Assembly (NCBI GenBank): GCA_038230375.1
Contig: JBBRNJ010000069.1
Location: forward strand, 1 to 46,739
Direction of reading: 5' to 3'
Length of the DNA stretch: 46,739 nt
From: Polyangiales bacterium
GTDB lineage: Bacteria > Myxococcota_A > Polyangia > Polyangiales > Polyangiaceae
In this document: positions 44,142 through 46,739 of the stretch, piece by piece
How positions within the stretch are numbered: position 1 is the first letter of the stretch
Layout of the letters: each line of letters begins with the position of its first letter
Notes under the pieces: generated by a model
What the model was told of the DNA's origin: nothing
Databases searched by the model: none
What the model saw: only the letters and a program-made list of their open reading frames with translations
Made by a program: the position numbers and the translations under genes

Positions 44142-45608
44142 TTACTCGCGCCGATCGCCTTTTTTCAGAAGATCGCCGTCCAGCTCCTCATCGAACACGA
44201 AGCTCTGGGCCCGCGGACGCATGGGCGGCAGTGGAGCGGTCGCGGTCGGACCGCCTTGCGACGGCGGGAGCGGTGCAGTGTTGGTCGGAGGAGCTCCCAT
44301 CGGCTGCGTATTACGCGGGCTCGCGAAGGGAACGGGTGACTGCGCGATCGCTGGCCTCGGAATGGCCGGTGGCCCCTTCGGCATTTCTGGCCTCCTGCTC
44401 GCAGGACCATCGCTGGGGATCGGCGGCGGGCCCTTCGCATGCGGCTCCACGTGCGCTGTCTCCACAGGCGGCGTGGGTCGCTGCAGAGCCACCATCCGCG
44501 GCGTGGACGGGCGCGGTGACGGACGCGGCGGGTTCATGGGCAAGGGCGGCATGTTCGTTGGCAAGCCGCGGCGCACCGTCGCATAGTCCGGCACGTGCGA
44601 AGCGGGCGGCAGTGCGTCGACCTTCCTGTCGATGCGAATGACCTCCGACGAGACTCCTCGCTCCTCGTCGCTCTTCTTCGTGCTCTCCGGCGCCACGCCC
44701 GCGAGCCCCGGCATCTGCTTCTTGGCCGCCTTCGCCGCCGCGTGAAACGCCTCCGCGAAGTCGCGCGCGGTTCCGAATCGCAGCACTGGATCTTTCGCGA
44801 GCGCGCGCCTGAACCATTCGTCGAGCTCTGGCAGCGAACCGCCGAGATGCTCGGACACCGGAGGAGCCCGATTCGTGGCGAGCGCCATCATCACCTGCCC
44901 CAGCGTGTCGCCCGTGAAGGGGACGATGCCGACGAGGCAGTGATACGCGACGATCCCGAGCGAATAGAGATCCGAGCGCGCGTCCGGCGATTTTCCCTCC
45001 AGGAGGAGCTCTGGCGCCATGTACTCGAGCGTGCCGAAGAGCTCCTCGCTCGCGCCCGTCTTCGCCATGATCTCTGCGACACCGAAGTCGACGACCTTGG
45101 CGAGCAGTCGTCCGTCCTGGTCCTTCGTGAGGAAGATGTTGGCGGGCTTGATGTCGCGATGCACCACGCCGACTGCATGCGCACGAGAGAGCGCGCGCGC
45201 GGTGTGCACGACGATGGTCTCGGTCTCCACCAGGTCGAGCTTTTGCAGGTTCGAAAGGCGCGTGGCGAGGTCCACTCCGTCGAGCAGCTCGTACACGATG
45301 TATGGAGTGCCGTTGCTATCAACGCCTCGCGCAAACACCTTCACGATGTTCGGGCTCATCATGCGCGCGGAGAGCTCTGCTTCGCTCTGGAACTGCTGCA
45401 ACATCTCCTTGCGCTTCGAGAGCTCGGGCCGCAGCACCTTCACGGCGACGGTGATGCGGCGCTCGAGATCCTTGGCAAGCCAGACCGAGCCTGCGCCGCC
45501 CTCACCCAGGCATGACACGAGCTCGTAGCGGTCCTCTATGACCTTCCCCTGGAAGAATGTGGGGGTCACCGCGCGCGCGCTCGATGGAGTCGGTGCATGG
45601 ATATCCAC
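44142..45608 (-). CDS. Cytoplasmic Ser/Thr protein kinase with Pro-rich tail
   Basis: LGEGGAGSV, VAVKVL, HRDIKPAN, DFGVA, GTLEYMAPE; no TM segment. Confidence 0.93.
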   Translation of the reverse strand: MDIHAPTPSSARAVTPTFFQGKVIEDRYELVSCLGEGGAGSVWLAKDLERRITVAVKVLRPELSKRKEMLQQFQSEAELSARMMSPNIVKVFARGVDSNGTPYIVYELLDGVDLATRLSNLQKLDLVETETIVVHTARALSRAHAVGVVHRDIKPANIFLTKDQDGRLLAKVVDFGVAEIMAKTGASEELFGTLEYMAPELLLEGKSPDARSDLYSLGIVAYHCLVGIVPFTGDTLGQVMMALATNRAPPVSEHLGGSLPELDEWFRRALAKDPVLRFGTARDFAEAFHAAAKAAKKQMPGLAGVAPESTKKSDEERGVSSEVIRIDRKVDALPPASHVPDYATVRRGLPTNMPPLPMNPPRPSPRPSTPRMVALQRPTPPVETAHVEPHAKGPPPIPSDGPASRRPEMPKGPPAIPRPAIAQSPVPFASPRNTQPMGAPPTNTAPLPPSQGGPTATAPLPPMRPRAQSFVFDEELDGDLLKKGDRRE

Positions 45609-45626
45609 AACAACGGTATCAGCAAA

Positions 45627-46493
45627 TCAGTGCTTGCGAATGAGGCCTTCTTGCGCGGTGGAGGCGACAAGGAGACCTGCGCGCGTGAACACACGGCCGC
45701 GCACCAGGCCACGCGCACCGGACGCCGATGGGCTGTCGATCACATGGAGCAGCCACTCGTCGACCCGAAACGGCCGGTGAAACCACATGACGTGGTCCAG
45801 ACTGGCCACCTGCATTCCCGGAGAGACGAAGCTCACGCCGTGCGGCAGCAGCGACGTGGTGACGAATCCGTGGTCGGACGCATATGCAAGTAGGTATGCA
45901 TGCAGCGCGGGCTCGTCGGATACCTTCCCTGCCGTTCGTAGCCAGACCATGCGCACGGGAGCGCGTGCGGTCGAGACCGTAGGGTCGACGTCGTGCTCGT
46001 CCGTCACGGGGCGAATCTCGAACGGGCGCGGAGCGATCGCGCGCTGCTGCATCTTCTCCGGCAGCCGTGCGAGGTGCGGCAGGAGGCGCTCTTGCTCGGT
46101 CGGCAGGGTCTCGGGGGCGGGAGCGGCCGGCATATCGTCCTGGTGCGAGAAGCCGTCTTCCGCCTTCTGGAACGACGCCGCCAGGTTGAAGATCGCTTGC
46201 CCCGATTGCACGGCGACGACGCGACGCGTGTTGAACGAGCCGCCATCGCGGATGCGATCGACCTCGTAGACGATCGGCTTCTTCACGTCGCCGGGCCTGA
46301 GGAAGTAGGCGTGGAGCGAGTGCACGTGGCGCTCCGTGTCCACCGTCTGCGCGGCGGCGGAGAGCGCCTGGCCCAGCACCTGTCCACCGAAGACCGTGCC
46401 CCAGCCAAGGTCCTGGCTCTGCCCACGGAACAGGTTCTCTTCGATGCGTTCGAGCGCGAGCAAGCTCGTGAGCTCGTCTAGGACCTGTGACAT
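45627..46493 (-). CDS. tesB: Acyl-CoA thioesterase II
   Basis: ATG 46493 (MSQVLDELTSLLALERIEENLFRG), VFGGQVLGQAL, HSLHAYFLRPGD, RIRDGGSF, LAYASD, ASLDHVMWFH, STAQEGLIR. Confidence 0.95.
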   Translation of the reverse strand: MSQVLDELTSLLALERIEENLFRGQSQDLGWGTVFGGQVLGQALSAAAQTVDTERHVHSLHAYFLRPGDVKKPIVYEVDRIRDGGSFNTRRVVAVQSGQAIFNLAASFQKAEDGFSHQDDMPAAPAPETLPTEQERLLPHLARLPEKMQQRAIAPRPFEIRPVTDEHDVDPTVSTARAPVRMVWLRTAGKVSDEPALHAYLLAYASDHGFVTTSLLPHGVSFVSPGMQVASLDHVMWFHRPFRVDEWLLHVIDSPSASGARGLVRGRVFTRAGLLVASTAQEGLIRKH

Positions 46494-46494
46494 C

Positions 46495-46739
46495 TCAGGG
46501 CTGTGTACTCGGGTCCTGGCAGCAGCGGAAGCCCGTCGAGTAGTCGTGGTAGCTGAAATCGTGCGCGATGGTGCGGTAGGCGCAGCCGTCCCCGTGCTCG
46601 TGCGTGTCGAGCCAGAAGCCGCCCTGGAACGTGCCGTTCGGATCGCGCGTCCACTCGTGGAGGTTGCCGACCATGTCGAACACCCCTGCGTCCGTGACGC
46701 ACGCCGCATACGCGCCGGTCTTCGCGAGCCCGCCCTGCA
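46495..46739 (-). CDS. Formylglycine-generating enzyme (FGE-sulfatase/SUMF1) domain protein, 5' end outside the window
   Basis: C-terminal motifs GVFDMVGNLHEW, FQGGFW, YSTGFRCC; the frame is open to the window edge. Confidence 0.88.
   Translation of the reverse strand, partial: QGGLAKTGAYAACVTDAGVFDMVGNLHEWTRDPNGTFQGGFWLDTHEHGDGCAYRTIAHDFSYHDYSTGFRCCQDPSTQP

Overview
High-GC bacterial chromosomal window that looks myxobacterial (Polyangiaceae/Labilithrix-like). This assignment is inferred from three Hanks-type Ser/Thr kinases, Cys-rich lipoproteins and an ECF sigma/anti-sigma/TPR cluster. It holds about 42 probable CDSs and one initiator tRNA-fMet (1942-2018, minus strand) with a clear sigma70 promoter and terminator. 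Recognisable genes: GST, AlkZ-type glycosylase, M14 peptidase, NTT-HEAT plus cNMP pair, TMEM14, Popeye-domain protein, PRXL2-like redoxin, alpha2-type glycyl-tRNA synthetase, HlyIII/PAQR, RRM protein, CheY-like regulator, nudC, mobA, moeA, a KinB/AlgB-like two-component pair, an SPFH lipoprotein, tesB and a partial FGE-sulfatase protein. No CRISPR array, integrase, transposase or rRNA was seen. Four observations stand out. (1) A ~53-aa 'GFFGGCIG...TKRG' membrane module ends three different proteins, including a tandem pair with divergent bodies but 48/53-identical tails. (2) An orphan, signal-peptide-bearing protein resembles a degenerate contractile-injection tail tube and sits directly upstream of alkZ. 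(3) Four same-strand (TCGACY)n arrays occur, two intergenic and two in-frame in kinases, and three are followed by C-run tracts able to form G-quadruplexes on the other strand. (4) An ECF sigma operon has a doubled zinc-finger anti-sigma, a putative beta-barrel protein and Cys-rich exported proteins. All family assignments come from motif recognition by eye; no database search was run.
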